A DNA stretch of 64,000 nucleotides from Mobula hypostoma (lineage: Eukaryota): contig NC_086097.1 in NCBI RefSeq assembly GCF_963921235.1, positions 255,008,001-255,072,000 on the forward strand, in the 5' to 3' direction. This document shows positions 36,469 through 50,307 of the stretch, piece by piece. Every line of letters starts with the position of its first letter. Position 1 is the stretch's first letter. Under the pieces are notes generated by a model. It was not told the origin of the DNA, did no database searches, and was given only the letters and a program-made list of their open reading frames with translations. The translations under genes were made by a program, and so were the position numbers.

Positions 36469-37120
36469 TTAGATTAGATTAGATTAGGTTATGAGGACAC
36501 TCAGTCGTCGTTCATTTTAATTTAACGTACAATGCATTCAAATATGATGCAATGTTCCTCTGGTATGATATCACAAAAACACAAGAAGACCCAGACTAAT
36601 AGTGACAAAAACGACATAATTCTACCATATAGTTACGCAGTGCAAAGCAATACCGCAATTTGATAAGACTAGATCATGGGCACGGGAAAAAAAAGTGTCA
36701 AAGATCCGATGGCCTCGTTATCTCACGCAGACGGTAGAAGGAAGAAAATCCCCCTGCCATGAGCTTCCAGCGGCTCGAACTTGCCGATGCAGCGTCATGG
36801 AAGCACCCGACCACAGTCCAAAGTCTGAGTCCGTCCGAAAACTTCCATCCTCCGACCAGCGCTCCCACTCCGAGCAGCGAGCAACCTCTCTGCCGAAGGC
36901 TCCCATCCGGGCCCCGGCCGCCAAGCAACAGGCAAAGCCAAGGATTTGGGGCATTCCCCTCCGGAGATTTCCGATCACACAGTAGCAGCGGCAGCGAAGA
37001 AGGTATTTCAGAAGTTTAACCAGATGTTCCTCCGTGTTCTCATGTCTGCCTCCATCAAATCAGAATTGTGCACGGCCTCCTACTTGACAACTAACAGATA
37101 TTCATCACTGGTAAGGCCGC
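36469..37120 (-). mobile_element. Unclassified ~650-bp non-autonomous non-LTR element with (TAATC)n tail (representative uninterrupted copy; present in most units)
   Basis: Minus-strand 3' end with GAGGACTGAGTGTCCTC-type stem-loop followed by (TAATC)n; no coding capacity; 5' boundary approximate. Confidence 0.6.
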
Positions 37121-38045
37121 TCGTAGCAAGTGTGCAGAGGAAGAGACCGACAGAAAGGCCCAGATGCAACATCGGTGACCTCTTCGTTGGAAGACATTTA
37201 GCAATCAGTCTAGGTTGAGCGATTCCAAACTGCACGGGCAAGGGATGCCAGAAACTGCATTTCGGCGCATCGTTGGAAGGCATCGTTGAAATGAAGGCTG
37301 CTGACGACATTGTTATCGGCGTTACGTCGTTTCCATATATCCGTTGAGGTCGAATTCGGCTCATCTGTGTGGTGGCGCAAGTCGGGAGCAAAATATTCAT
37401 ATTTCTGCGAGTGATTTGAAGTGAGAGATGTGAAACCTAAGAGGCAGATGTACATTAGGTGTACAGGAACATGAAATTGGATCGCCCTGCAGAAGCGAGG
37501 TCTTGGAAAAGCAGGTTTGCAGTGTGCGTATGTCTGCAGTGTGTTGTCTCTCCTATCATCGTCCAGGAGAGAAGCAAATCGTCCATTGATGATGGAATTC
37601 AGTCATTGAGCTTTTCAGCTGATTTGTCATGTGGCTGTACTTTTCCAAAAGTGTCGGAGACTGCGGCAACGAAATGGACAGGAACGGCAGATCCGAGAAT
37701 GCTCTGTTTGATAGCAGTGTAGAATTCCAGGAGAATGTTGTGTCGTTGATGCAGCTTTACAATCTGCCAGAAGAAATGGATGACGCGGCCATCTCCTTGG
37801 TTCATGAAGATGTTTTGCTTCTGACACATGAGTTCCCTCCGTGGCGTAATAATACAGGAAAGGTGAATGCGGGAAGATTGCTAACAGTCGTGCTGTTGGA
37901 GATATGTGGGTGTTGAGGGGCCAGATTTCAGCTGAGGTGAATATGCATGTTCACGGAAACGACGCATTGCACGGTATGTTTCGGTGTCTCCATGAGGAAG
38001 TGATTCTACGCCGAATTTTTGTCGCTACTTTGAAGTCTAGATATT

Positions 38046-39330
38046 TGTCATAGTCCGGTCCGCGATGTCCATATTCCGGTTCCCGGTCCGGTTCATCGAC
38101 CCTTGCTCTTGGTTTTCCTTTCTACCCTGTTTCTGTCCTTGTTGAGCCAATTGAGGCAGCTGATGCTCGTTGGGGCTGGCTGCATAAATACCTTCAGAGA
38201 CCAGGGCGTGGCTGCCGGATTATTTTTGTCCTAACACCTTGGATCCCTTCCTTTGCCTTCTGTTTCCTCGCCTGAAGCACTGCCTTGTCTTGCTGGAAAC
38301 GCTCGCCTTGTCTTGCTGGAAACCATCGCCTTGTCTTGCTGGAAACGCTCGCCTTGTCTTGCTGGAAACCATCGCCTTGTCTTGCTGGAAACGCTCGCCT
38401 TGTCTTGCTGGAAACGCTCGCCTTGTCTTGCTGGAAACCCTCGCCTTGTCTTGCTGGAAACGCTCGCCTTATCTTGCTGAAAACCCTCGCCTTATCTTGC
38501 TGGAAACCCTCGCCTTGTCTTGCTGGAAACACTCGCCTTGTCTTGCTGGAAACGCTCGCCTTATCTTGCTGAAAACCCTCGCCTTGTCTTGCTGGAAACG
38601 CTCGCCTTGTCTTGCTGGAAACACTCGCCTGGTCTTGCTGGAAATGCTCGCCTTGTCTGGCTAGAAACCCTCGCCTCGTCATGCCTGCAGTCTTGTACTG
38701 TAGCCACCCTGTTCCTAACTCCCTTCCTGTCCCTTGCCTCCGCCCAGGGAAGCCAGGCCGTCTTGCCGTTACTGGGGTTGGTTCTGTCCCTTCCTGTCCC
38801 TTGCCTCTGTCGGGTGGTGATCCGCGCTCTGCCCAGGAGTAACTCGCCCTGCCCAGGTGATCGATGCCGTGCCGAGGAGGAGCCTGCCAAGTCTCGCCTC
38901 AAGTCTCCAGCCTCCAACCTCGCCTTGCTTCAAGTCTCCTGCATCCAGTCTCCAGCCTCGGACCGCCTCAAGACACTTGCATCCAGTCTCTAGCCTCGCC
39001 TCGCCTCAAGTCTCCTCCCTCCAGTCTTCGGCCTCGCCTCGCCTCAAGTCTCAAGTCTCAAGTCTCAGGTCTCGTCCCGCCTGCCTGCCAAGACTCGTCC
39101 TTGTCTGGTTCTGGGGCCGAGCCAGAGGCAAGACCCAGGTACTGGGTCCTTGTGCAGTCTCTGGCTCGGAGTCCAAGCCCGGGCTCCTATCTCCCTTGTT
39201 CAGTCCTGTTCTAGGTTCCTGGTTTTCCTGTCCATGTCCTTGCCATCGCCCTGCAACCTAGTCCTGTCCCTAGTAGTTCAGTGTCTGTGTCATGTACTTG
39301 GGTCCGTTCCCAGCCCGTGCCCGTATGACA
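38046..39330. mobile_element. Complete solo LTR, ~17 copies of 23-bp repeat
   Basis: Perfect 7-bp terminal inverted repeat TGTCATA/TATGACA; TSD ATATT/ATATC. Confidence 0.85.
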
Positions 39331-39591
39331 ATATCAATTCCAACTGCCGTTACAATCGGTTGTAAAAATAGACAGAAGGATAATTCTTTTCATGCGGGAG
39401 AATGATTTGTCGTTTGGGGACATGAAAGGTGACAGTGGCAGAGAGCGACCGTATGTGTGTCTGAGTGGTTGGTTGATGATTGAGTGAGTGTGTCTGTGTG
39501 TGAGCTGATGATTGTGGAACGGTGAGCAGTGGCAGGCATGCAATGGTGCTTGTGGCGCTGAGCAAATTACAGGAGGTGGATCGGATGTGCT

Positions 39592-39664
39592 GGGGAATTA
39601 GCTCAAATGGTAGAGCGCTCGCTTAGCATGCGAGAGGTAGCGAGATCGATGCTCGCATTCTCCA
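39592..39664 (+). tRNA. tRNA-Ala(AGC), intact
   Basis: All stems pair; TTTT downstream. Confidence 0.96.
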
Positions 39665-40171
39665 TTGACATTTTGTATCCAGCGGCACTCGTCTCATTAA
39701 ATTGCTCTGAAGTTTGGAATGCACAAAATAAAGGGGTGGCAGAGAGGGACATGAACGTGTCTCAGTCAAAGGAAAGGGGGAAATATCGTAGGTCTCCTGC
39801 GTTAAAGGCAGATACGAGGAAAAGGTAGCTGGCAGCTGGTGTCTCAGTAATGCATGAGCAGCAGGCGACCATTCAGAGAGAAATCAGTTCAGTGGTCAAA
39901 AGGGAATTGCCCTGGACACTGGGCGAAATGAGCAAGCTGAGTAGCCTTTGATTTAGTCAAGCAAAGAGGATCAAAGAGCTGTGTTGGAGTCGCACCAATA
40001 ATGGCGATGAGCTCAGTGATGTGCGTAATCCGGTCGCCTGTGGCCCCTAGTGCTGGAAGGACTAGACATTACAATTGGCAGGCTGTTGCTCTGGGTCGAG
40101 AGACACTAGGATGAAAATCTGTATAATCATTGTCGGTAGGAGCCAGCGTGGCGAAGCTTGGTGTCGCTTTT

Positions 40172-40258
40172 CCTTCGATAGCTCAGTTGGTAGAGCGGAG
40201 GACTGTAGAGGTAAATGGAGTCATCCTTAGGTCGCTGGTTTGAATCCGGCTCGAAGGA
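40172..40258 (+). tRNA. tRNA-Tyr(GTA) with 14-nt intron, B-box C56T, terminator region deleted
   Basis: GGTTTGAATCC; 3' flank jumps to AACAGGCAAGG. Confidence 0.85.
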
Positions 40259-40510
40259 TCGGGACTTAACAGGCAAGGCCAGCAGATCACTGGGTCACAT
40301 TCAGAGCGCTATGTCCTCACGCTTGCCAACTCTGACAGTACGACAACTCTCACTCTTCCTAAAGTAACACAAAGATAGAAATATTAGATTAGATATGATT
40401 AGATGATGATGACACTCAGTCCTCGTTGACTGTAATTTTAAAATGCATGCGTTAAAAATGATACCATGTTCCTCCGGTATGATATCACAGAAACACAAGA
40501 CGGACTTGAA

Positions 40511-42024
40511 TATCAGTCACTGAAAACAAGCATGCAAGTACAGCAGGCAGTGAAGAAAGCTAATGGCATACTGGCCTTCATAACAAGGGGAATTGAGTAT
40601 AAGAGCCTTCTGCAGCTGTACAGGGCCCTGGTGAGACCCACACCTGGAGTACTGTGTACAGTTCTTGTATGCAAATTTGAGGAAGGACATTCTTGCTATT
40701 GAGGGAGTGCAGCGAAGGTTCACAAGGCTAATTGCCGGGAAAGCGGGACAGTCATATGTTGAAAGATTGGAGCGACTAGGCTTGTATACACTGGAATTTA
40801 GAAGGCTGAGAGGGGATCTTATTGAAACATAGATAGATAGATAGATAGATATACTTTATTAATTCCGGGGGAAATTTTGTTTCGTTACAGCCGCACCAAC
40901 CAAAAACAGAGCGTAAGTAAAGCAATACAAAAAACCCCAAAAATGAAACACCAAAATGCAAACTATGCCAGATGGAAAATATGTCCAGGACCAGTATATT
41001 GGCTCAGGGTGTCTGACCCTCCACGGGAGGAGCTGCACGTTCGATGGCCACAGGCAGGAACGACCTCCCGTGCCGCCAAGTGTTGTATCACGGTGGAGTG
41101 TGGCAAAGTCGAACAGTAAAAAGTTCAATATCCAGTCTGTAAACACGTTCCTCGATCGTAATATACCCCGGATTGTATCATCCGTTGTTAAACAGATCTG
41201 TAAGCACCGAACTCCTTTATGCTCACCGCTCTCACTGCACTTCCGGTCAGGCGGAACGGTATTAAACACCGAACTCCTCTTCTCCAAAAGTCTCTGTTGT
41301 CTCGACCCGTTCTTCTTTCCTCGGGTTTGTGACCCCCTCTGTGTGTTTTCCCCCGGATTTCAGCAGGGGTGTCCACCGCTCTGTTCGCTCAGCCGGCCGG
41401 TATTTGCTGGTCCGTGGAATACACAATGTGACCTTGCTTCCGTCCCGCTACTCGGGATGTAACCATTTCCAGCGCTAAAGAAAACCCAAATAAAACTCTC
41501 TCTTCCAGCATGTTAGAGAGGGTGAAGCATCGACGTGTTACCGTGAGGAAGAAAAATACAAAAAATAACGTAAATTGAAAAGTAAAGAAGAAAGTAAGTA
41601 AAAATAGATCGGAACGGCTGTACCGGGCTCCATTTATGACCGGCGCATGCTACTAACGATATAAGATTATTAAGGGATTGGACACGCTGCAGGCAGGAAG
41701 CATGTTCCCGCTGATGGGTGAGTCCAGAACCAGAGGCCACAGTTTAAGAATAAGGGGTAGGCCATTTAGAACGGAGTTGAGGAAGAGCTTTTTCACCCAG
41801 AGAGTGGTGGATATGTGGAATTCTCTGCCACAGAAGTCTGTGGAGCCAAGTCTCTGGATGTTTTCAGGAAAGAGATGGATAGAGCTCTTAAAGATAGCGG
41901 AATCAAAGGATATGGGGATAAGGCAGGAACTGGATACAGATTTTGGATGATTAGCCATGATAACAGTGAATGGCGGTGCTGGTTCGAGGGGCCGAATGGC
42001 CTACTTCTGTACCAATTGTCTATT
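40511..42024 (+). mobile_element. CR1 3' fragment interrupted at 40830-41658
   Basis: RT C-terminal peptides and 3' UTR. Confidence 0.88.
40830..41658 (-). mobile_element. Rex1-like internally deleted derivative
   Basis: Homologous to 351-1152. Confidence 0.75.
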
Positions 42025-43540
42025 GACCAAGACTAAAATTGACAAAAAACACATAGTTCTACCAAATAGTTACAACAGTGCAAAGTAATACGGTAAGTTG
42101 ATAAGAGCAGACCATGGGCACCGAAGAAAAGTTTCAAAGACCTGATGGCCTCATCATCTCACGCAGACGGCAGAAGGAAAAAACTCTCCCTACCATGATT
42201 TCCAGCGCCGCCAACTTCCCGATGCAGCGTCCTGGAATAACCAGCCCACAGTCCGACTCTGAGACCGTCCGAAAACTTCGATCTTCCGACCAGTCCTCCG
42301 ACACCGAGCCCCGAGCACCATCTCTGCCTAGCGCATCGACCCGGGCCCCGGCCGCCAAGAGGATTCGGGGTATTCCTCTCCGGAGATATCCGATCACACA
42401 GTAGCAGCGGAAGCGAAGCAGGCATTAAAGAAATTTCACCAGGTGTTCCTCCGTGCTCTCACGTCTGCATCCATCAAATCAGAAATGTGCACGGCCTCCT
42501 ACTTGACAGATAACAGATATGCATCACCGGAAAAGCCACGCGTAGCAAGTGTACAGAGGAAGAGACCGACCCAAAGGCCCAGATGGAACATCGGTGACCT
42601 CCTCGTTGGAAGACATTTAGCAATTAGTCTAGGTTGAACGATTCCAAACTGCACGAGCAAGAGATGCCAGAATCTGAATTTCGGCTCATCGTTGGAGGGC
42701 ACCGTTGAAAGCGAAGGCAGCTGACGACATTGCTATCGGCCTTATGTCTACTCCATACATCCGCCGAGGTGCACATCGGCTCATCTGCGTGGTGGCAGAG
42801 GTCGGGAGAAAAATCTTCATATTTCTGCAAGAGCTTTGAAGTGGGGACTGTGACACAGAAGAGGCAGATATGCATTAAGTGTACAGGAGCATGAAATTGG
42901 TGCGTCCTGCACAAGCGAGCTCTTGGAACAGCAGGTTTACAGTGTGTATATGTCTGCAGTGTGTTGTCCCTCCTATCATCGTCCTGGAGAGAGACAAATC
43001 GTCCAGTGATGATGGAATTCAGCCATTCAGCTTTTCAGCTGATTTGACTTTTATCTGTAGCTTTCCAAAAGTGTCGAAGAATGCGGCAACGAAACAGACA
43101 GGAATTAGAGATCCGAGAATGCTCTCTTTGATAGCAGTTTAGATTTCCAGCAGAATGTTGAGTCGTAAATGGAGCTTTACAATCTGCCAGAAGAAACGGA
43201 AGCGACGCATTACACGGTATGTTTCGGTGTCTCTGTCAGGAAGTGATTGTACGCCGAATGTTTGACGCTACATTGAAGTGGAGATATCAATTCCAACTGC
43301 AATAACAATCGGTTGTAAAAATAGAAGGACAATTCTTTGCATGCGGGAGAATGAATTGTCGTTTGGGGACATGAAAGGTGGCAGTGGCAGAGAGCGACCG
43401 TATGTGTGTCTGAGTGGTTGGTTGATGATTGAGTGAGTGTGTCTGTGTGTGAGCTGATGATTGTGCAACGGTGAGCAGTGACAGGCATGCAATGGTGCTT
43501 GTGGCGCTGAGCAAATGACAGGAGGTGCACCAGATGTGCT

Positions 43541-43613
43541 GGGGAATTAGCTCAAATGGTAGAGCGCTCGCTTAGCATGCGAGAGGTAGCGAGATCGATG
43601 CTCGTATTCTCCA
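43541..43613 (+). tRNA. tRNA-Ala(AGC), near intact (G49.U65)
   Basis: 73-nt match. Confidence 0.93.
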
Positions 43614-43911
43614 TTGACATTTTTTATTCACAGGCACTCCTCTCATTAAATTGCTCTGAAGTTTGGAATGCACAAAGGATAGGGTGGCGGAGAGGGAGAG
43701 GAACGTGTCTCAGTCAAAGGAAAGGGGGAAATCTGCTGCGTTGAAAGCAGATATGAGGAAGAGCCAGCTGGCAGCTGGTGTTTCAGTAATGTATGAGCAG
43801 CAGGCGTCCATTCAGACAGAAATCAGTTAAGTGGTCGAAAGGAAATTGCCCTGGACTTTGAGGTAAAAAGGAAAGCGGAGTAGCCTTTGATTTTGACAAG
43901 CAAAGAAGATC

Positions 43912-46900
43912 TAACATACAGAGAGACTTTGAGGAAAGAGAAGCAGAATAAACGGTGTAAAGACAATAAGGTAGCAGGGCTGAATGTGTGTACAAGCATT
44001 AGGAACAAAGGTGATGAACTGAGAGCTTGGATACATACATGGAATTATGATGTAGTGGCCATTACAGAGACTTGGCTGGCACCAGGGCAGGAATGGATTC
44101 TCAATATTCCTGGATTTCAGTGCTTTAAAAGGGATTGGGAGGGTGGAAAAAGGGGAGGAAGGGTGGCATTACTGGTCAGGGATACTATTACAGCTACAGA
44201 AAGGGTGGGTAATGTAGCAGGATCCTCTTTTGAGTCAATATGGGTGGAAGTCAGGAACAGGAAGAGAGCAGTTACTCTGTTGGGGATATTCTATCGGCCC
44301 CCTGGTAGCAGCAGAGATACAGAGGAGCAGATTGGGAGGCAGATTTTGGAAAGGTGCAAAAATAACAGGGTTGTTATGATGGGTGACTTCAACTTCCCTA
44401 ATATTGATGGGCACCTGATTAGCTCCAAGGGTTTAGATGGGCAGAATTTGTTAAGTGTGCCCAGGATGGATTCCTGTCACAGTATGTTGACAGGCCGTCC
44501 AGGGGGAATGCCATACTAGATCTAGTACTAGGTAATGAACCGGATCAGGTCACAGATCTCTCAGTGGGTGAGCATCTGGGGGACAGTGACCACCGCTCCC
44601 TGGCCTTTATAATTATCATGGAAAAGGATAGAATCAAGGAGGACAGGAAAATTTTTAATTGGGGAAAGGCAAATTATGATGCTATAAGGCTAGAACTTGC
44701 GGGTGTGAATTGGGATGATATTTTTGCAGGGAAATGTACTATGGACATGTGATCGATGTTTAGAGATCTCTTGCGGGATATAAGGGATAAATTTGTCCCG
44801 GTGAGGAAGATTAAGAATGGTAGGGTGAAGGAACCATGGGTGACAAGTGAGGTGGAAAATCTAGTCAGGTGGAAGAAGGCAGCATACATGCGGTTTGGGA
44901 AGCAAGGATCAGCTGGGTCTTTTGAGGAATATAGGGAAGCAAGAAAGGAGCTTAAGATGGAGCTGAGAAGAGCAAGATGGGGGCATGAGAAGGCCTTGGC
45001 GAGTAGGGTAAAGGAAAACTCCAAGGCATTCTTCAATTATGTGAAGAAAAAAAGGGTGACAGGAGTGAAGGTAGGACCGATTAGAGATAAGGGAGGCAGA
45101 TGTGCCTGGAGGCTGTGGAAGTGAGCGAGGTCCTCAATGAATACTTCTCTTCGGTATTCACAAATGAGAGGGAACTTGATGATGGTGAGGACAATATGAG
45201 TGAGGTTGATGTTCTGGAGCATGTTGATATTAAGGGAGAGGAGGTGTTGGTTGTTAAAATACATTAGGACAGATAAGTCCCCGGGGCCTGACGGAAAAGT
45301 TTAAAGGGAACATTAGGGGGGTCTTCTTCACACAGAGAGTGGTGGGAGTATGGAATGAGCTGCCAGACGAGGTGGTAAATGTGGGTTCTTTTTTAACATT
45401 TAAGAATAAATTGGACAGATACATGGATGGGAGGTGTATGGAGGGACATGGTCTGTGTGCAGGTCAGTGGGACTAGGCAGAAAATGGTTCGGCACAGCCA
45501 GGAAGGGCCAAAGGGCCTGTTTCTGTGCTGTAGTTTCTATGGTTCTATGGTTCTATGGAATATTCCCCAGGCTGCTCTACGAGGCGAGAGAAGAGATTGC
45601 TGAGCCTCTGGCAAGGATCTTTTGTTCTCGTTGTTCAGGGGAATGGTCGCGGAGGTTTGAAGAGAGGCGAATATTGTTCCCTTGTTCAAGAAAGGTAGTA
45701 GGGATAGTCCGGGTAATTATAGACCAGTGAGCCTTACGTCTGTGGTGGGAAAGCTGTTGGAAAAGATTCTTAAAGATAGGATCTATAGGTATTTAGAAAA
45801 TCATGGTCTGATCAGGGACAGTCAGCATGGCTTTGTGAAGGGCAGATCGTGTCTAACAAGCCTGATAGAGTTCTTTGAGGAGGTGACCAGGCATATAGAT
45901 GAGGGTATTGCAGTGGATGTGATCTATATGGATTTTAGTAAGGCATTTGACAAGGTTCCACACGGTAGGCTTATTCAGAAAGTTAGAAGGCATGGGATCC
46001 AGGGAAGTTTGGCCAGGTGAATTCAGAATTGGCTTGCCTGCAGAAGGCAGAGGGTGGTGGTGGAGGGAGTACATTCAGATTGGAGTATTGTGACTAGTGG
46101 TGTCCCACAAGGATCTGTTATGGGACCTCTACTTTTCCTGATTTCTATTAATGACCTGGATGTGGGGGTAGAAGGGTGGGTTGGCAAGTTTGCAGATGAC
46201 ACAAAGGTTGGTGGTGTTGTAGATAGTGTAGAGGATTGTCAAAGATTGCAGAGAGACATTGATAGGATGCAGGAGTGGGCTGAGAAGTGGCAGATGGAGT
46301 TCAACCCGGAGATGTGTGAGGTGGTATCACTTTGGAAGGACAAACTCCAAGGCAGAGTACAAGGTAAATGGTAGGATACTTGATAGTGTGGAGGAGCAGA
46401 GGGATCTCAGGGTACATGTGCACAGATTCCTGAAAGTTGCCTCACAGGTGGATAGGGTAGTTAAGAAAGCTTATGGGGTGTTAGCTTTCATAAGTCGAGG
46501 GATAGAGTTTAAGAGTCGCGATGTAATGATGCAGCTCTATAAAACTCTGGTTAGGCCACACTTGGAGTATTGTGTCCAGTTCTGGTCACCTCACTATAGG
46601 AAGTGTGTGGAAAGGGTTCAGAGGGGATTTACCAGGATGCTGCCTGGTTTAGAAAGTATGGATTATGATCCGAGATTAAGGGAGCTAGGGCTTTACTCTT
46701 TGGAGAGAAGGAGGATGAGAGGAGACATGAAAGAGGTGTACAAGATAATAAGAGGAATAGATAGAGTGGATAGCCAGCGCCTCTTTCCCGGGGCACCACT
46801 GCTCAATACAAGAGGACATGGCTTTAAGGTAAGGTTGGGAAGTTCAAGGGGGATATTAGAGGAAGGTTTATACTCAGAGTGTGGTTGGTGCGTGGAATGC

Positions 46901-47075
46901 ACTGCCTGAGTCAGTGGTGGAGCAGATACACTAGTGAAGTTTAAGAGACTACTAGACAGGTATATGGAGGAATCTAAGCTAGGGGCTTATATGGGAGACA
47001 GGGTTTGAGGGCCGGCACAACATTGTGGGCCGAAGGACCTGTACTGTGCTGTACTATTCTATGTTCTATATTCTA
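43912..47075 (+). mobile_element. CR1 LINE ORF2 (APE endonuclease + RT), frameshifted, inserted between Ala and Tyr
   Basis: YDVVAITETWL, YRPP, MGDFNFP, SDH, NYRPVSLTS, KFADD motifs; TTCTATG tail. Confidence 0.95.
45297..45556 (+). mobile_element. Nested CR1 3' end (same subfamily as 16911 and 57361), TSD GGAA
   Basis: (TTCTATGG)n tail; GGAA at 45293-45296 and 45557-45560. Confidence 0.88.
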
Positions 47076-47276
47076 TCACAGAGCTGTGTTGGTGTCGCAC
47101 CGAGAATGGTGATACGCTCGGTGATGTGCGTCATCCGGTCGCCTGTGGCCCCTAGTGCTGGAAGGACTAGATATTGCAATTGGCAGGTTGTTGCTGTGGG
47201 TCGAGAGACACCAGGATGAAAATCTGTATAATCATTGTCGGTAGGAGCCAACGTGGCGAAGTCTGGTGTCGCTTTT

Positions 47277-47363
47277 CCTTCGATAGCTCAGTTGGTAGAG
47301 CGGAGGACTGTAGAGGTAAATGGAGTCATCCTTGGGTCGTTGGTTCGAATCCAGCTGGAAGGA
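47277..47363 (+). pseudogene. tRNA-Tyr(GTA), 14-nt intron, multiple 3'-exon substitutions
   Basis: ...CCTTGGGTCGTTGGTTCGAATCCAGCTGGAAGGA. Confidence 0.82.
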
Positions 47364-49213
47364 TCGGGAGTTCTTTTACTACGCGGATCATCAAGTCCGT
47401 ACTACAGAGCTTCTCGGTGGCACAAGACTGCAGTCCGAATTGCTCCGACTCGTGACGGGATAGAATACAGAGGCATCTAATCACATAACAGGCAAGGCCA
47501 GCAGATCACTGGGTCATATTTCAGAGCACTATGTCTTCACGCTTGCTGCTCTAACAGTACGACAACTCTCACTCGTCCTAAGGTAACACATAGATGGAAA
47601 TATTAGATTAGATTAGATTAGGTTATGAGGACACTCAGTCGTTGTTCATTTTATTTTAACTGACAATGCAATCAGAAATGATACAATGTTCCTCCGGTAT
47701 GGTATCACAAAAACACAAGAAGACCAAGACTAAAAGTGACAAAAACTACATAATTCTACTGTATAGTTAAGCAGTGCAAAGCAATACCGCTATTTGATAT
47801 GAACAGACCATGGGCACGGAAAAAAATTCTCAAAGATCCGATGGCCTCATCACCTCACGCAGATGGTAGAAAGAAGAAAATCCCCCTGCCATGAGCTTCC
47901 AGCGCCTCGAACTTGCCAATGCAGCGTCCTGGAAGCACCCGACCACAGTCCAAAGTCTGAGTCCGTCCGAAAACTTCGAGCCTCCGACCAGCACTCCGAC
48001 AGTTAACAGATATGCATTTACCGGTGAGGCCGCGCCTAGCAAGTCTACAGAGGAAGAGACCGACACAAAGGCCCAGATGGAACATCGATGACCTCTTCGT
48101 TGGAATGCATTTAGCAATCAGTCTAGATTGAGCGATTCCAAACTACACGAGCAAGGGATGCCAGAATCTCAATTTCGGCGCATCGTTGGAGGGCACCGTT
48201 GAAAGCGAACGCAGCTGACGACATTTTTTTCGGCCTGATGTCGTTTCCATATATCTGCTGAGGTGGAATTCGGCTCAGTTATGTGGTGGCGCAAGTCGGG
48301 AGAAAAATCTTCATATTCTGTGAGTGCTTTGAAGTGGGAGCTGTGAAACATAAGAGGCAGATGTGTATTAAGTGTACAGGAGCATGAAATTGGAGCGCCC
48401 TGCAGAGACGAGCTCTTGGAACAGCTGGTTTGCAGTGTGCGTATGTCTGCAGTGTTTTGTCCCTCCTATCATCGTCCAGGAGAGAGGCAAATCTTCCAGT
48501 GATGATGGAATTCAGTCATTTAGCTTTTCAGTTGAATTGACTGTTGGCTGTAGTTTTCCGAAAGTGTCGGAGAATGCGGCAACGAAATAGAGAAGAATGG
48601 CAGATCCGAGAATGCTCTCTTTGATAGCAGTGTAGATTTCCAGCGGAATGTTGAGTCGGAGATTGAGTTTTACAATCTGCCAGAAGAAATGGATGACGCG
48701 GCTAACTCCTTGGTTCATGAAGATGTTCTGCTTCTGACACATGAGGTCCCGCCGGGGCGTAATAGTACAGGAAAGGTGAATTGGAAAGGTTGCTAACTGT
48801 GGTGTTGTTGGTGATATGTGTGTGTTGACGGGCCAGATTTCAGCTGAGGTGAATACGCATGTTCACGGACGCGACGCATTACACGGTATGTTTCGGTGTC
48901 ACTGTGAGGAAGTGATTGTACGCTGAATGTTTGTCGCTACATTGAAGTGGAGATATCAATTCCAACTGCAATAACAATCGGCTGTAAAAATACACAGAAA
49001 TATAATTCTTTTCATGCAGGAGAATGATTTGTCGTTTGGGGACATGAAAGGTGACAGTGGCAGAGAGCGACCGTATGTGTGTCTGAGTGGTTGGTTGATG
49101 ATTGAGTGAGTGTGTCTGTGTGTGAGCTGCTGATTGTGGAACGGTGAGCAGTGACAGGCATGCAATGGTGCTTGTGGCGCTGAGCAAATTACAGGAGGTG
49201 AACCGGATGTGCT

Positions 49214-49286
49214 GGGGAATTAGCTCAAATGGTAGAGCGCTCGCTTAGCATGCGAGAGGTAGCGAGATCGATGCCCGCATTCTCCA
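49214..49286 (+). tRNA. tRNA-Ala(AGC), A52.C62 mismatch
   Basis: Same sequence as the 35566 copy. Confidence 0.92.
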
Positions 49287-49791
49287 TTGACATTTTGTTT
49301 CCAAAGGCACTCGTCTCATTAAATTGCTCTGAAGTTTGGAATGTACAAAATATAGGGTGGCAGAGAGGGAGAGAAACGTGTCTCAGGCAAAGGAAACGGG
49401 GAGATGTCAGAGGTCTGCTGCGTTGAAGGCAGGTAGGCGGAATAGGTCGCTGGCAGCTGGTGTTTCAGTAATGCATGAACTGCAGGCGACCATTCAGTCA
49501 GCAATCAGTTCAGTGGTCAAAAGGAATTTGCCCTGGACACTGGGCGAAATGAGAAAGCTGAGTAGCCTTTGATTTTGACAAGCAAAGAAGATAAAAGAGC
49601 TGTGTTGGAGTCGCACCGAGAATGGTGATAAACTCGGTGATGTGCGTCATTCGGTCCCCTGTGGCCCCTAGTGCTGGAAGGACTAGATATTACATTTGGC
49701 AGGCTGTTGCCATGGGTTAACAGACACTGGGACAAAAATCTGCATAATCATTGTCATAGGAGACAACTTGGCGAAGCTTGGTGTCGCTTAT

Positions 49792-49877
49792 CTTTCGATC
49801 CCTCCGTTGGTAGAGCGGAGGACTGTAGAGGAAATGGAGTCATCCTTAGGTCGCTGGTTCGAATCCGGCTCGAAGGA
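49792..49877 (+). pseudogene. tRNA-Tyr(GTA) probable pseudogene
   Basis: Same damaged A box as the 36144 copy. Confidence 0.85.
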
Positions 49878-50307
49878 TCGGGACTTCTTTTACTACACGG
49901 ATCATCAATTCCGTACTACAGAGTTTCTCGGTGGCACAAGACTGCAGTCCGAATTGCTCCGACTCGTGACGGGATAGAATACAGAGGCATCTAATCAAAT
50001 AACAGACAAGGCCAGCAGATCACTGGGTCACATTTCAGAGCGCTCTGTCCTCACGCTTGCTGCTCTGACAGTACGACAACAGTCACTTGTCCGAAAGTAA
50101 CACAAAGATAGAAATATTAGATTAGATTAGATTAGGTTATGGGGACACTCAGTCCTCGTTCATTTTAATTTAACTTACAATGCATTCAGAAATGATACAA
50201 TGTCCTCCAGTATGATATCACAGAAACACAAGACAGACCAAGACTAAAAGTGACAAAAACCACATCATTCTACAGTTTAGTTACAACAGTGTAAAGCAAT
50301 GCCGTAA

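Noticed and set aside
38283..38675. 23-bp periodic repeats as a CRISPR array
   Set aside because: Head-to-tail with no unique spacers, inside an LTR, eukaryotic context, no cas genes
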